Below, piece by piece: positions 24,006 to 34,619 of a stretch of 64,000 nt of DNA (its first letter is position 1; each line of letters starts with the position of its first letter). A model generated the notes under the pieces. The model made no database searches. It was not told the DNA's origin and was given only the letters and a program-made list of their open reading frames with translations. The stretch lies in NCBI GenBank assembly GCA_965112735.1, contig OZ218965.1, positions 1,612,001 through 1,676,000 on the forward strand. Direction: 5' to 3'. A program made the position numbers and the translations under genes. This DNA is from Phaeosaccion multiseriatum (lineage: Eukaryota > Protista > Ochrophyta, other classes).

Positions 24006-24638
24006 TGGCTGCACCGGTGCTGGTGTCGTGCTCGTCACTCGTGTCACCCGAGGCCGTGTAGGGGGGAAAAGGGGATACTAAAAGTGAGAGCGTATAAGAC
24101 ATGATTGAGGCAGGTGTGAAAGGAGGGGACAAAGGGCATCATCAAGGGAGTGGTATTAGACATTAGCACATATAACTTCCGTCGCTACATCACAGAGAAC
24201 TTGGGAGTGCGCGGTAGCGAGCGAGGGCCTGCTGTTCTCTCCGCGAGAGGTCACTTGCGTGACCTTTTCAATCCTCCTTTGAAGCAAGCCCGCGCAGCAA
24301 ATCGTCCAGCCATGGGAGTCGTCTCGCTCCCTCCGATTCTCTGTGACATGCTTGTTGCTTGTTGCCACCAGAACCAAGCTCGCTCCTCCTCGTCCTGCGT
24401 CTGTCCGAAGCAACGTGTACGCACGTCGTCAACACGTTGGTTCTCCAATCGAAAAGAGGCCTCACCCCCCCGGGGTTGGCGGCTTACTCCCGGCCACCAA
24501 AAGCCCAACACAGACAGCTACAGAGAGAGCAAGAACAAATACAACAGGTGCGTGTGCGTCGCGTGATGCTTCCATGGAGCACCCTCGCGCGTGCGTCATT
24601 GCCAGCAGCGAATAGGTGGCGTGGTGTGGAGCCCATCC

Positions 24639-24756
24639 TCAACCCCTGATACACTATCCGCTATCCGCTATCGCCAGCTATCCCGCGCTATCCTCTATCG
24701 GCCGGCGGCCGATAGCGCGCTATCGAGAATTTGGGCGATAGTGTATCAGGGGTTGA
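24639..24756. mobile_element. MITE (CTATCCG family), 118 bp, perfect 20-bp TIRs, 6-bp TSD
   Basis: tcaacccctgatacactatc / gatagtgtatcaggggttga; ccatcc at 24633-24638 and 24757-24762. Confidence 0.88.
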
Positions 24757-24858
24757 CCATCCTCTTCTTCCTCCCTTCCCGCGCCTTCCCTGCTTTGACT
24801 CCGCACCCCCCCGCGCCTTGCCTTCTCTCCGCACCTCCCTCAGCAGACGAGCATCAAA

Positions 24859-25620
24859 ATGTCCCAAAACAAGAACGCGGCGTACGGCTCCTCGGCGGCC
24901 GAGGAGGGGGGAGATTAGTTCCAAATGACCAAAGGGGGAAGGGTCGTGAAGGTCGTGCCGCACACCGATGCCCGCCACAACCGTTCCGTGCCCCCCTCCT
25001 CCAACGACGGGGCCACCTTCAGCCTCGACAGCCACGAGGACTTCCCCCCTCTTCGCGAGGAGGCGTCGACACAGGGCGACGACAACAACCCCGTCGGGGG
25101 GCGGGAACAAGAGCAAAGCTCCCGCCCGCGGATTTCAAAATGCGAGGAATCAATGCTTCATGGCGGCGGCGCTTCAGCTGGTACGTACATACAGGGGCGA
25201 TGAGTCTGAGCCTAGTAGACCTCCCCTCCCAGGCTCACTTTTTACTCTTGCTTGCTTGCTTGCTTCCCCTTCAGTTGGACCCCGCCTTCCGGGACAGCTC
25301 CGTCCAGAACACGAGCAAAAGCCCCGTCGGGGTTGAAGCTGCGGCCCTCATCAAGGCCACCAACAAGCAAGGCCCGTCCCTGCCCCTTCACAAGATGGAG
25401 AAGCTGCTCGCAGAGGAGCGCATCTGCAAGTTGGGTGGGCAGAACGATGCCGGCGACCTCGCCGCTTCCCTGGTCCACCTCTGCGGGATGGGGGAGTCGG
25501 TCCTCCAGGTTATCGCCGACGCCGTCAGGCAAGGCTCTATCCAGGACGCTGTCCAGGACGGCTTGGCGAGTAACATGGCCCAGTACGTCATGGTCATCAT
25601 TAACGTGACGTACTGGGCGA
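24859..25620 (+). pseudogene. USP (peptidase C19) N-terminal fragment, left arm, disrupted
   Basis: Cys-box-like GFQNARNQCFMAAALQL, GT..AG intron, QQD-box-like LGGQNDAGDL; TAG and frameshift in exon 1. Confidence 0.7.
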
Positions 25621-25629
25621 GTAATATTA

Positions 25630-26395
25630 ACTCGCCCAGTACGTCACGTTGATGATGACCATGACGTACTGGGCCATGTTACTCGCCAAGCCGCCCTGGA
25701 CAGCGTCCTGGCTGGATAGACCCTTGCCTGACGGCGTCGGCGATAACCTGGAGGACCGACTCCCCCATCCCGCAGTGGTGGACCAGGGAAGCGGCGAGGT
25801 CGCCGGCATCGTTCTGCCCACCCAACTTGCAGATGCCCTCCTCTGGGCTGCGAGCAGCTTCTCCATCTTGTGGAGGGGCAGGGGCGGGCCTTGCTTGTTG
25901 GTGGCCTTGATGAGGGCCGCAGCTTCAACCCCGACGTGGCTTTTGCTCGTGTTCTGGACGGAGCTGTCCCGGAAGGCGGGGCCCAACTGAAGGGGAAGCA
26001 AGCAAGCAAGCAAGAGTAAAAAGTGAGCTCCGGAGGTTCACTTTTTACTAGACTCAGACCTCATCGCCCCTGTATGTACGTACCAGCTGAAGCGCCGCCG
26101 CCATGAAGCATTGATTCCTCGCATTTTGAAATCCGCGGGCGGGAGCTTTGCTCTTGTTCCCCCCGACGGGGTTGTTGTCGTCGCCCTGTGTCGACGCCTC
26201 CTCGCGAAGAGGGGGGAAGTCCTCGTGGCTGTCGAGGCTGAAGGTGGCCCCGTCGTTGGAGGAGGGGGGCACGGAACGGTTGTGGCGGGCATCGGTGTGC
26301 GGCACGACCCTCCCCCCTTTGGTCATTTGGAACCAATCTCCCCCCTCCTCGGCCGCCGAGGAGGAGCCGTACGCCACGTTCTTGTTTTGGGACAT
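25630..26395 (-). pseudogene. USP (peptidase C19) N-terminal fragment, right arm
   Basis: Exon 1 (26395-26084) open, MSQNK...GFQNARNQCFMAAALQL; exon 2 frameshifted; truncated at palindrome centre, no His box. Confidence 0.7.
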
Positions 26396-26532
26396 TGTGA
26401 TGCTCGTCTGCTGAGGGAGGTGCGGAGAGAAGGCAAGGCGCGGGGGTGCGGAGTCAAAGCAGGGAAGGGAAGGGAGGAAGAAGAGGATTGTCAACCCCTG
26501 ATACACTATCGCCCAAATTCTCGATATAGCGC

Positions 26533-26799
26533 GGGGGCCCGATAGCGGTGAATGTGTTCTGCCTTCGGATCACTCACAGTTACGGAAATCCCTGACTTAG
26601 CTATGTGCACCTGGATATAAGGGGGGATAGAGCTGCCCACGCACCTATCTCACTATACCCCTTAACGAATAGTCTCTACGTTGCCATTAGCCCGTACGTG
26701 TCAACCTCAGTAGTCTCTTCTATCCATTCTCAGTAGGGTTATCAGCCCCTTGTGCTCTTCACTCTACACTTCTCTTCACATCTTAATCAATCTATATCA
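26533..26799 (-). mobile_element. Probable 3' LTR preceded by a polypurine tract
   Basis: Minus strand agagaggaagaaga-ct-TGATATAG...AACACA; AT-richer than flanks; decayed acidic ORF upstream (26800-27550). Confidence 0.45.
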
Positions 26800-27557
26800 A
26801 GTCTTCTTCCTCTCTCGTCTGCCTGCGGGCAGGCCGGACTGGCTGTCTCTGTCTCTCCTTCGGCTCGCTTGTCATCCCGTAAGTACTACATCACGTTTAT
26901 AAACGTACTGTTTGTAACAGTTCCCCGGCCGGGATAGAAACGTTATTTACTCGGGATCTTGCAGTCGGAACCGGGATTGGATTCTTCAGCCTCTAGCAGC
27001 TCTGGCCTTTTCTTCGGCACCTCTCCCAGCAGGCTCCTCTTCTTCATCAGCTTCTTCCGAAGCTCCAGCACGGAGCATGTCTTTACTTTTCGCTTCTTCA
27101 TTGGCTACCTGCATTGGAGCGCCTATCTGAATCTTCTGCGCTCATTACTTCTCCGGACGGATCTTCTTCTTCGCCTTCTTCATCTGCTACTTCGACGGCC
27201 ATCGCATCATTCGTGGACTCTGCTGCTCGCATGCCCTCGGGTGCAGCTGCAACTTCCTCTACCACGGCATCTTCTTCTTCTACGGCGGTGTCTTCTTCTC
27301 GTCCTCTCCCTGTCATCGCTCTCGCCGTGGATCTTCGCCTACCGGACCCGCTCTCCGCCTCCGCATCCAGCCCTCCATCACCACCTTCGCCATCTTCGAC
27401 AGCTTTCTCTCCTTGATCGGATTCGAACACTCCCCTTCTCTCTCTTCCGCTGTGCCAACTGCCCCTGTGCCTCCTGCAGGCAACACCCCCAGCGCTGGAC
27501 GCCACCGTACCTCTGCCACGACGAGGACCAGTGCCACAGCAACTAAACTTGGGTGGC

Positions 27558-28922
27558 GGCGCTTGAAGCAAGCCCTGCAGCCAGCCTCCTGATGCCACGA
27601 ATGAAGCAACTCCCCCAACGCATGGGCCATGCCCCTGGCCAGGGTGGCTACATGGTTCCAGTCAACCCCAAAGAAAGCTCCCCAGTGCCGCTTCGGTTGA
27701 GGCAGGCAAGGCTTGATTGCCCTTCCCACCAACAGCCACAGAAGCAACCCGTCCCTTACACCTAATCTCCAGAGCAGTCTTGGTGATTCCATGCTGCTGC
27801 GCCGCCTTCCTAAGGGTGATGTTATCATTCTTCCTTCTCTGTCGACCCCTCGACATCGTATCGCCGTCTACATTGTGGTTGCTGTCCCGCTGATACAGCC
27901 ACTGCTGATGGGGGGGGGGGGGGGGGGGGGGTGGCCCGCTGGCGAGCCTCCGCGCCAAAGCTTGCCGTGCTGTCTTCGACAGCGGCCTCCCCTTTGCATC
28001 CTTCACACTCCGAAGGTCAATAGCCGTTGCTGAAGTCGCGAGCGCAGGTGGCTGTGACACACGTGTCGAAGAGTTTACCTCCCGGGGTTTTGTACCACCC
28101 GTCAGGAGATTCCTCCATGCTGCGTGCCTTCGCAGCAGCATCCTCCTCATCCTCGTCCTCGTCGCTGCTGCTGCTGATGCTGATGCTGATGCTGCTAATG
28201 CTGCTGCTGGTGGCACTCGTTCCTACCTCGACGGCTCCCTGTGTTGCACGTGAGAGTGGTCCCTTCTGCTGCCCTCCATCAAATGTCGTGGCTCTGCCCC
28301 TCTCCTCAGGGTGGTGGCCGTCATCTCCACTACCACCAGGCTCGACGTCTGAATCATCAGTAGACATGTGCATCTTTTAGTCTCCCTTTCTTTCAGTCTC
28401 CTGAATGTCTTGTGGTCGCCATTCGTCGCCTGCTGGAAGTCATTCCACGTCATCGATGGCAGGTCCTTCCCAAGGCTCTCAAGGATAGATTCATCAGATA
28501 GCCCCTTCACGTTAGGCCTGTCATGAGCGACAAGACGAAGAACAAGCAAGGATGAGACAAATGAAATTTGGAAGGTCGTTCCCAAGCTTCACATGTTGCT
28601 GTGGCTCACCTTGGTGTCTCTCCCCTCAGCTCGGCCAAGAAAGCCTTCAGTCCTTCCCTACTGGTACCAGGTGTGCCACTCACACCTTTGTTTACTTCTG
28701 ACCCAGGGTAAGTCATCCTTCAGGAATGAGAGATAATCGGGTCCCTCACGTGGCAAACCAAGGCTCTTTTGAACTCCAAGAAGGAAAGCACTCCCGCAGC
28801 CATCATCTTGTCCGGCCATTGCAATGGGGGCGACGCTACAGCCGGAACAGCAGCGGCAGCAGAGGCCATACACAGGGAGCTTGAAATCTGGGGAAGATAT
28901 TACTTTTAGTACCTTACGTAAG
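27558..28922 (-). mobile_element. Segment B copy 2: pogo/Fot1-like transposase relic
   Basis: TLRKAAQQHGITKTALEIRCKG...GGKGNQALPASTEAAL; inverted relative to 20606-21732. Confidence 0.6.
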
Positions 28923-28989
28923 TACGTCATGTAAGGGAAATTGGGTGTCTGTCCGCTGGGGAAATTGGCCCCCCCCCTCCAGAGGTGCG

Positions 28990-31735
28990 TCACCCACTCA
29001 CTCACTCACTCACTCACTCACTCACTCCCTCACTCACCCATCCACTCACTCACTCACTCACTCCCTCACTCACGCACTCACTCACTCCCTCACTCACTAC
29101 CTCACTCACTCACGCACTCTGTCCCTCACTCACTCCCTCCCTCCCTCCCTCACTCACTCACTCACTCACCCACTCACTCACTCACTCACTCACTCACTCA
29201 CTCACTCACTCACTCACTCACTCACTCACCCACTCACTCACTCACTCACTCACTCACTCACTCATTCACTCACTCACTCACTTAATCACTCACTCACTCA
29301 CTCACTCACCCACCCACTCACTCACTCACTCACTCACTCACTCACTCACTCACTCACTCACTCACTCACTCACTCACTCACTCCCTCACTCCCTCACTCA
29401 CTCTCTCTCACTCACTCACTCACTCACGCACTCACTCACGCACTCTGTCCCTCACTCACTCCCTCCCTCCCTCCCTCCCTCACTCACTCACTCACTCACC
29501 CACTCACTCACTCACTCACTCACTCACTCACTCACTCACTCACTCACTCACTCACTCACTCACTCACTCACTCACTCACTCACTCACTCACTCACTCACT
29601 CACTCACTCACTCATTCACTCACTCACTCACTTAATCACTCACTCACTCACTCACTCACCCACCCACTCACTCACTCACTCACTCACTCACTCACTCACT
29701 CCCTCCCTCACTCCCTCACTCACTCTCACTCACTCACTCACTCTCACTCACTCTCAATCACTCACTCACTCACTCACTCCCTCACTCACTCACTCACTCT
29801 CACTCACTCTCAATCACTCACTCACTCACTCACTCACTCACTCACTCACAAAGTCACCCACCCACTCACTCACTCTCACTCACTCACTCACCCACCCACT
29901 CACACTCACACTCGCTCACTCACCCACCCACTCACTCACTCTCACTCACTCACTCACCCACCCACTCACTCACTCTCACCCACCCACTCACTCACTCTCA
30001 CTCACTCACTCTCACTCACTCTCAATCACTCACTCACTCTCACTCACTCTCAATCACTCACTCACTCACTCACTCACTCACTCACTCACTCACTCACTCA
30101 CTCACTCACTCACTCACTCACTCCCTCCCTCACTCACTCACTCACTCATTCACTCACTCACTCACTCATTCACTCACTCACTAATTCACTCACTCACTCA
30201 CTCACTCACTCACAAAGTCACCCACCCACTCACTCACTCTCACTCACTCACTCACCCACCCACTCACACTCACACTCGCTCACTCACCCACCCACTCACT
30301 CACTCACTCACTCACTCACCCACCCACTCACTCACTCTCATCCACCCACTCACTCACTCTCACTCACTCACTCACACACTCTCACTCACTCTCAATCACT
30401 CACTCACTCTCACTCACTCTCAATCACTCACTCACTCACACACTCACTCACTCACTCACTCACTCACTCACTCACTCACTCACTCACTCATTCACTCACT
30501 CACTCATTCACTCACTCACTCACTTAATCACTCACTCACTCACTCACTCACTCACCCGCTCACTCACTCACTCACTCACTCACTCCCTCACTCCCTCACT
30601 GACTCAATCACTCTCAATCACTCACTCACTCACTCACTCACTCACTCAATCACTCCCTCACTCACTCACTCACTCACTCACCCACCCACTCACTCCCTCA
30701 CCCACTCAGTCCCTCAGTTACTCACGCACTCACTCACGCACTCACTCACGCACTCACTCACGCACTCAGTCCCTCACTCACTCGCTCACTCACTCACCCA
30801 CCCACTCACTCACTCACTCACTCACTCACTCACTCTCACTCACTCTCAATCACTCACTCACTCTCACTCACTCACACACTCACTCACTCACTCACTCGAT
30901 CACTCACTCACTCACTCATTCACTCACTCACTCATTCACTCACTCACTCACTTAATCACTCACTCACTCACTCACTCACTCACCCACTCACTCACTCACT
31001 CACTCACTCACTCACTCACTCCCTCACTCCCTCACTCACTCAATCACTCTCAATCACTCACTCACTCACTCACTCACTCAATCACTCCCTCACTCACTCA
31101 CTCACTCACTCACCCACCCACTCACTCCCTCACCCACTCAGTCCCTCAGTTACTCACGCACTCACTCACGCACTCACTCACGCACTCAGTCCCTCACTCA
31201 CTCGCTCACTCACTCACCTACCCACTCACTCACTCACTCACTCACTCACTGACTCACTCACTCACTCACTCACTCACTCACTCACTCACTCACTAATTCA
31301 CGCACTCACTCACTCACTCAGTCACTCAGTCACTCACTCACTCACACACTCACTCACTCACTCACTCGCTCACTCACCCACTCACTCACTCACTCACTAC
31401 CTCACTCACTCACGCACTCACTCACTCACTCACTCACTCACTCACTCACTCAATCACTCACTCACTCACTCAATCACTCACTCACTCACCCACCCACTCA
31501 CTCACTCACTCACTCACCCACTCACTCCCTCACTCCATCACTCACTCACTCACTCACTCACTCACTACCTCACTCACTACCTCACTCACTGACTCACTCA
31601 CTCACTCACTCACTCCCTCCCTCCCTCCCTCACTCACTCACGCACTCACTCACTCACGCACTCACTACCTCACTCCCTCACTCACTCACTCACTCTCTCA
31701 CGCACTCACTCACTCACGCACTCACTCACCCACCT
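28990..31735 (+). repeat. (ACTC)n satellite array with internal higher-order duplications
   Basis: Tetranucleotide array with recurring landmarks cttaatcac, cacaaagtcacc, cagtccctcagttac. Confidence 0.97.
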
Positions 31736-31956
31736 CGGTAAGAGACGCCATCGCCGGTAGCACTCACTTTTTGTTCGCGCTGCTGCTGAGCTGCTCCTCT
31801 TGGCCTGTTGGTATTAAGCCGTCACAACCCACCCTGACCCCCCTACCCCCGTGCCTCTTCTTCCTGTCTGGCTTGGCCTTTGCTACAAAGTGCCTCCTTC
31901 CGTCCTCCTCAATCTCTGTTTCATATCGCTCTTCTTCCGCTTCTTGGTCCCTTCTT

Positions 31957-32488
31957 CCCTCCCTCCGTCCCTCCCTCCCTCCCTCCCTCCCTCCGTCCCT
32001 CCCTCCCTCCCTCCCTCCCTCCCTCCCTCCCTCCCTCCCTCCCTCCCTCCCTCCCTCCCTCCCTCCCTCCCTCCCTCCCTCCCTCCCTCCCTCCCTCCCT
32101 CCCTCCCTCCCTCCCTCCCTCCCTCCCTCCCTCCCTCCCTCCCTCCCTCCCTCCCTCCCTCCCTCCCTCCCTCCCTCCCTCCCTCCCTCCCTCCCTCCCT
32201 CCCTCCCTCCCTCCCTCCCTCCCTCCCTCCCTCCCTCCCTCCCTCCCTCCCTCCCTCCCTCCCTCCCTCCCTCCCTCCCTCCCTCCCTCCCTCCCTCCCT
32301 CCCTCCCTCCCTCCCTCCCTCCCTCCCTCCCTCCCTCCCTCCCTCCCTCCCTCCCTCCCTCCCTCCCTCCCTCCCTCCCTCCCTCCCTCCCTCCCTCCCT
32401 CCCTCCCTCCCTCCCTCCCTCCCTCCCTCCCTCCCTCCCTCCCTCCCTCTCATCCCTCCCTCCCTCACTCCCTCCCTCCCTCCCTCCC
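31957..32488 (+). repeat. (CCCT)n array
   Basis: ~530-bp near-perfect run. Confidence 0.97.
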
Positions 32489-32529
32489 TCTGTGGTGCAG
32501 GTGGGACAGGCTCAAATACGTAATTATTA

Positions 32530-32700
32530 TGTAGGTAGAATTTGTATTCCAGTTAGGCTGATGGAGGCTGGCTGGGTTCTCTGGCCCTTGCCGCACTCCT
32601 GAACCCGTACAGACCAGTCGATAGCGCTCCTTTAAACAAGGAGGCTGTCTAGGGTCTTAGGGTGGGATAGTCCCTGTTATTAATAATATACTTTGTATCA
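32530..32700 (-). mobile_element. Probable LTR remnant with polypurine tract
   Basis: Minus strand aagaggggagagaaga-ttgc-TGATACAAAG...CCTACA. Confidence 0.4.
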
Positions 32701-32925
32701 GCAATCTTCTCTCCCCTCTTATTGGGACCGGCACATCACGCTCAGCTTGGGGGTACCTTCCTCCTCTTAGGCAGAGGGAGGTAGCGGCCCCACACCTCCC
32801 TCCCTCCCTTCCTCCCTCCCTCCCTCCCTCCCTCCCTCCCTCCCTCCCTCCCTCCCTCCCTCCCTCCCTCCCTCCCTCCCTCCCTCCCTCCCTCCCTCAC
32901 TCACTCACTCACGTATCCTTTCACT

Positions 32926-33199
32926 TGTAGCCAACCCTGCTATCGCTAGCAAGTCGGAAAGTGAGCCAATATTCGAAGAGATGGGTGCAAGGTTGTAAAG
33001 TTTGGAGGCCTTGCCTCAGCTCCAGTAAAGAGCCGAGTCTCCTTTAGCTTTATGGTGGATAAGCTAAGAGTGAGGGAGCGCCACAGACTACTACTCCCGG
33101 TGGGCTATGTGCCACCTCATTGTGCCACGTAAGATGTCATATGGGCATGGTGACGGTTACACGTACTAAGGCAATGAATATGAGGCTGTAGGGGCAACA
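32926..33199. mobile_element. Probable solo LTR (274 bp)
   Basis: TGTAGCC...GGCAACA termini flanked by 4-bp direct repeat CACT. Confidence 0.55.
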
Positions 33200-33564
33200 C
33201 ACTTACTCACTCGTCCAGTCCCTCCCTCCCTCCCTCCCACCCTCCCTGCCTGCCTCCCACCTGTACAAGAAGAGCGTGATAGGGGAGGTTCTCCCGTAAC
33301 TGCGTCATGTAAAACGACATACGCACGACCGACATGCGCTGTCGCCTACAGATAGGATGGAACTAGACACACGGACAAGGTAACAGCAACCCCAAAGCCA
33401 GCCTAGCAGCCAGCCTTGCCTCTATTAACTTATCGCATGCTAGTCCTAAACGACCACCTACGCACATAGGATAGTGGGAGCCACGCCACTCGTTCTCACC
33501 GTATCTGCCTGGGCCTGGGCCATTGACTTACGAATGGACTTTCCACAGGGAGGAATAGCGGGAT

Positions 33565-33988
33565 AGAGGGAGGGAGGGAGGGATGGATGGAGGGAGGGAG
33601 GGAGGGGCGGGGGGAGGGAGGGAGAGAGGGAGGGAGAGAGGGAGGGAGGGAGCGAGGGAGGGAGCGAGGGCGGAGGGGGATACCGGGATAGAGGGAGGGA
33701 GGGAGGGGCGGAGGGAGGGAGGGAGGGAGGGAGGGAGGGAGGGAGGGGATGGAGGGGAGGGAGGGAGGGAGGGAGGAAGGGAGGGAGGGAGGGAGGGAGG
33801 GAGGGAGGGAGGGAGGTGTAGAGGGAGGGAGGGAGGGAGGGAGGGAGGGAGGGAGCCAGGGAGGGAGGGAGGGAGGGAGGGAGGGAGGGAGGGAGGGAGG
33901 GAGGGAGGGAGGGAGGGAGGGAGGGAGGGAGGGAGGGAGGGAGGGAGGGAGGGAGGGAGGGAGGGAGGGAGGGAGGGAGGGAGGGAGG
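33565..33988 (+). repeat. (AGGG)n array
   Basis: Complementary strand of the nearby (CCCT)n arrays. Confidence 0.95.
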
Positions 33989-33997
33989 CACTAGCCC

Positions 33998-34155
33998 TGC
34001 TTCTGAGGCGACCCTGCTTCCTGCTTCTGGCCGGCGCCAGCCGGCCAGGCAGGTTCCAGGTTCTGGGGGAAAGCCTTTTAATAAGGCAATGATGCGGGCC
34101 AAGGCTGGTTCCTGCTTCTGGGCTGGCCTGTCTCAGAAGCATGTCAGGAGCCGAA
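33998..34155 (-). mobile_element. Truncated inverted copy of MITE 8202-8432
   Basis: ctcagaagcatgtcaggagccgaa end and internal motifs match rc of 8201-8420. Confidence 0.8.
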
Positions 34156-34469
34156 GAGCAGGGGAGGAAAGGGAAGGGCGGGGATCACCACGTGGATGGA
34201 GTCATGGGAGGCTTCAACAGCGTGAGTGCGTTCAGGAGAGGCAGTCTTTTAGCTGCCGGGTAGGGAAAGGGCGCTGCAAACACTTGCTCGGTGGGTGTAA
34301 TTATTTGTATTTATGGGATTTTAAGCCAATCATCCTTTGTAATTATGTGTACTTCGTAGTATTACGTGCGTGTGCAGGAGGAGAGAAAATGAGGACCGCC
34401 TGGGAAGTTGGTAAGATTTGATCTCTTGGTGGTCACATACTTCGTACAAGTAGTACGTAACAGAGCCAG

Positions 34470-34595
34470 CTGTGTGCCTTGGCGTAAAAGCTGTTGGTCT
34501 AAGAGACAGAAAGAGGGTCTACCGCCCCGCTGTGTGCCTTGGCGTAAAAGCTGTTGGTCTAAGAGAGAGAGAGAGAGAGAGGGTCTACCGCCCCT
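34470..34595 (+). repeat. 60-bp tandem duplication
   Basis: ctgtgtgccttggcgtaaaagctgttggtctaagaga...gagggtctaccgcccc x2. Confidence 0.85.
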
Positions 34596-34619
34596 GCAGA
34601 GCCCCCCCCCCCCCCCTCC

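Larger units (their letters stand above)
22432..24690 (-). repeat. Inverted segmental duplicate of ~39700-41786 (segment A copy 2 plus segment C)
   Basis: 22432-24218 matches rc 40060-41786; 24352-24690 matches rc 39700-40035. Confidence 0.92.
24721..26526. repeat. ~1.8-kb near-spacerless palindrome centred on TAATATTA (25622-25629)
   Basis: 24721-25620 is the reverse complement of 25630-26526 with scattered substitutions and indels. Confidence 0.95.

Noticed and set aside
24721-26526. Palindrome as a long-read fold-back artefact
   Set aside because: Arms differ by many substitutions and multi-base indels, which argues for a real, aged duplication; read-level check still advised
27283-27305. 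GREEDTA peptide on the minus strand matching the minisatellite peptide with different codons
   Set aside because: Single 7-aa match in low-complexity acidic sequence; likely chance
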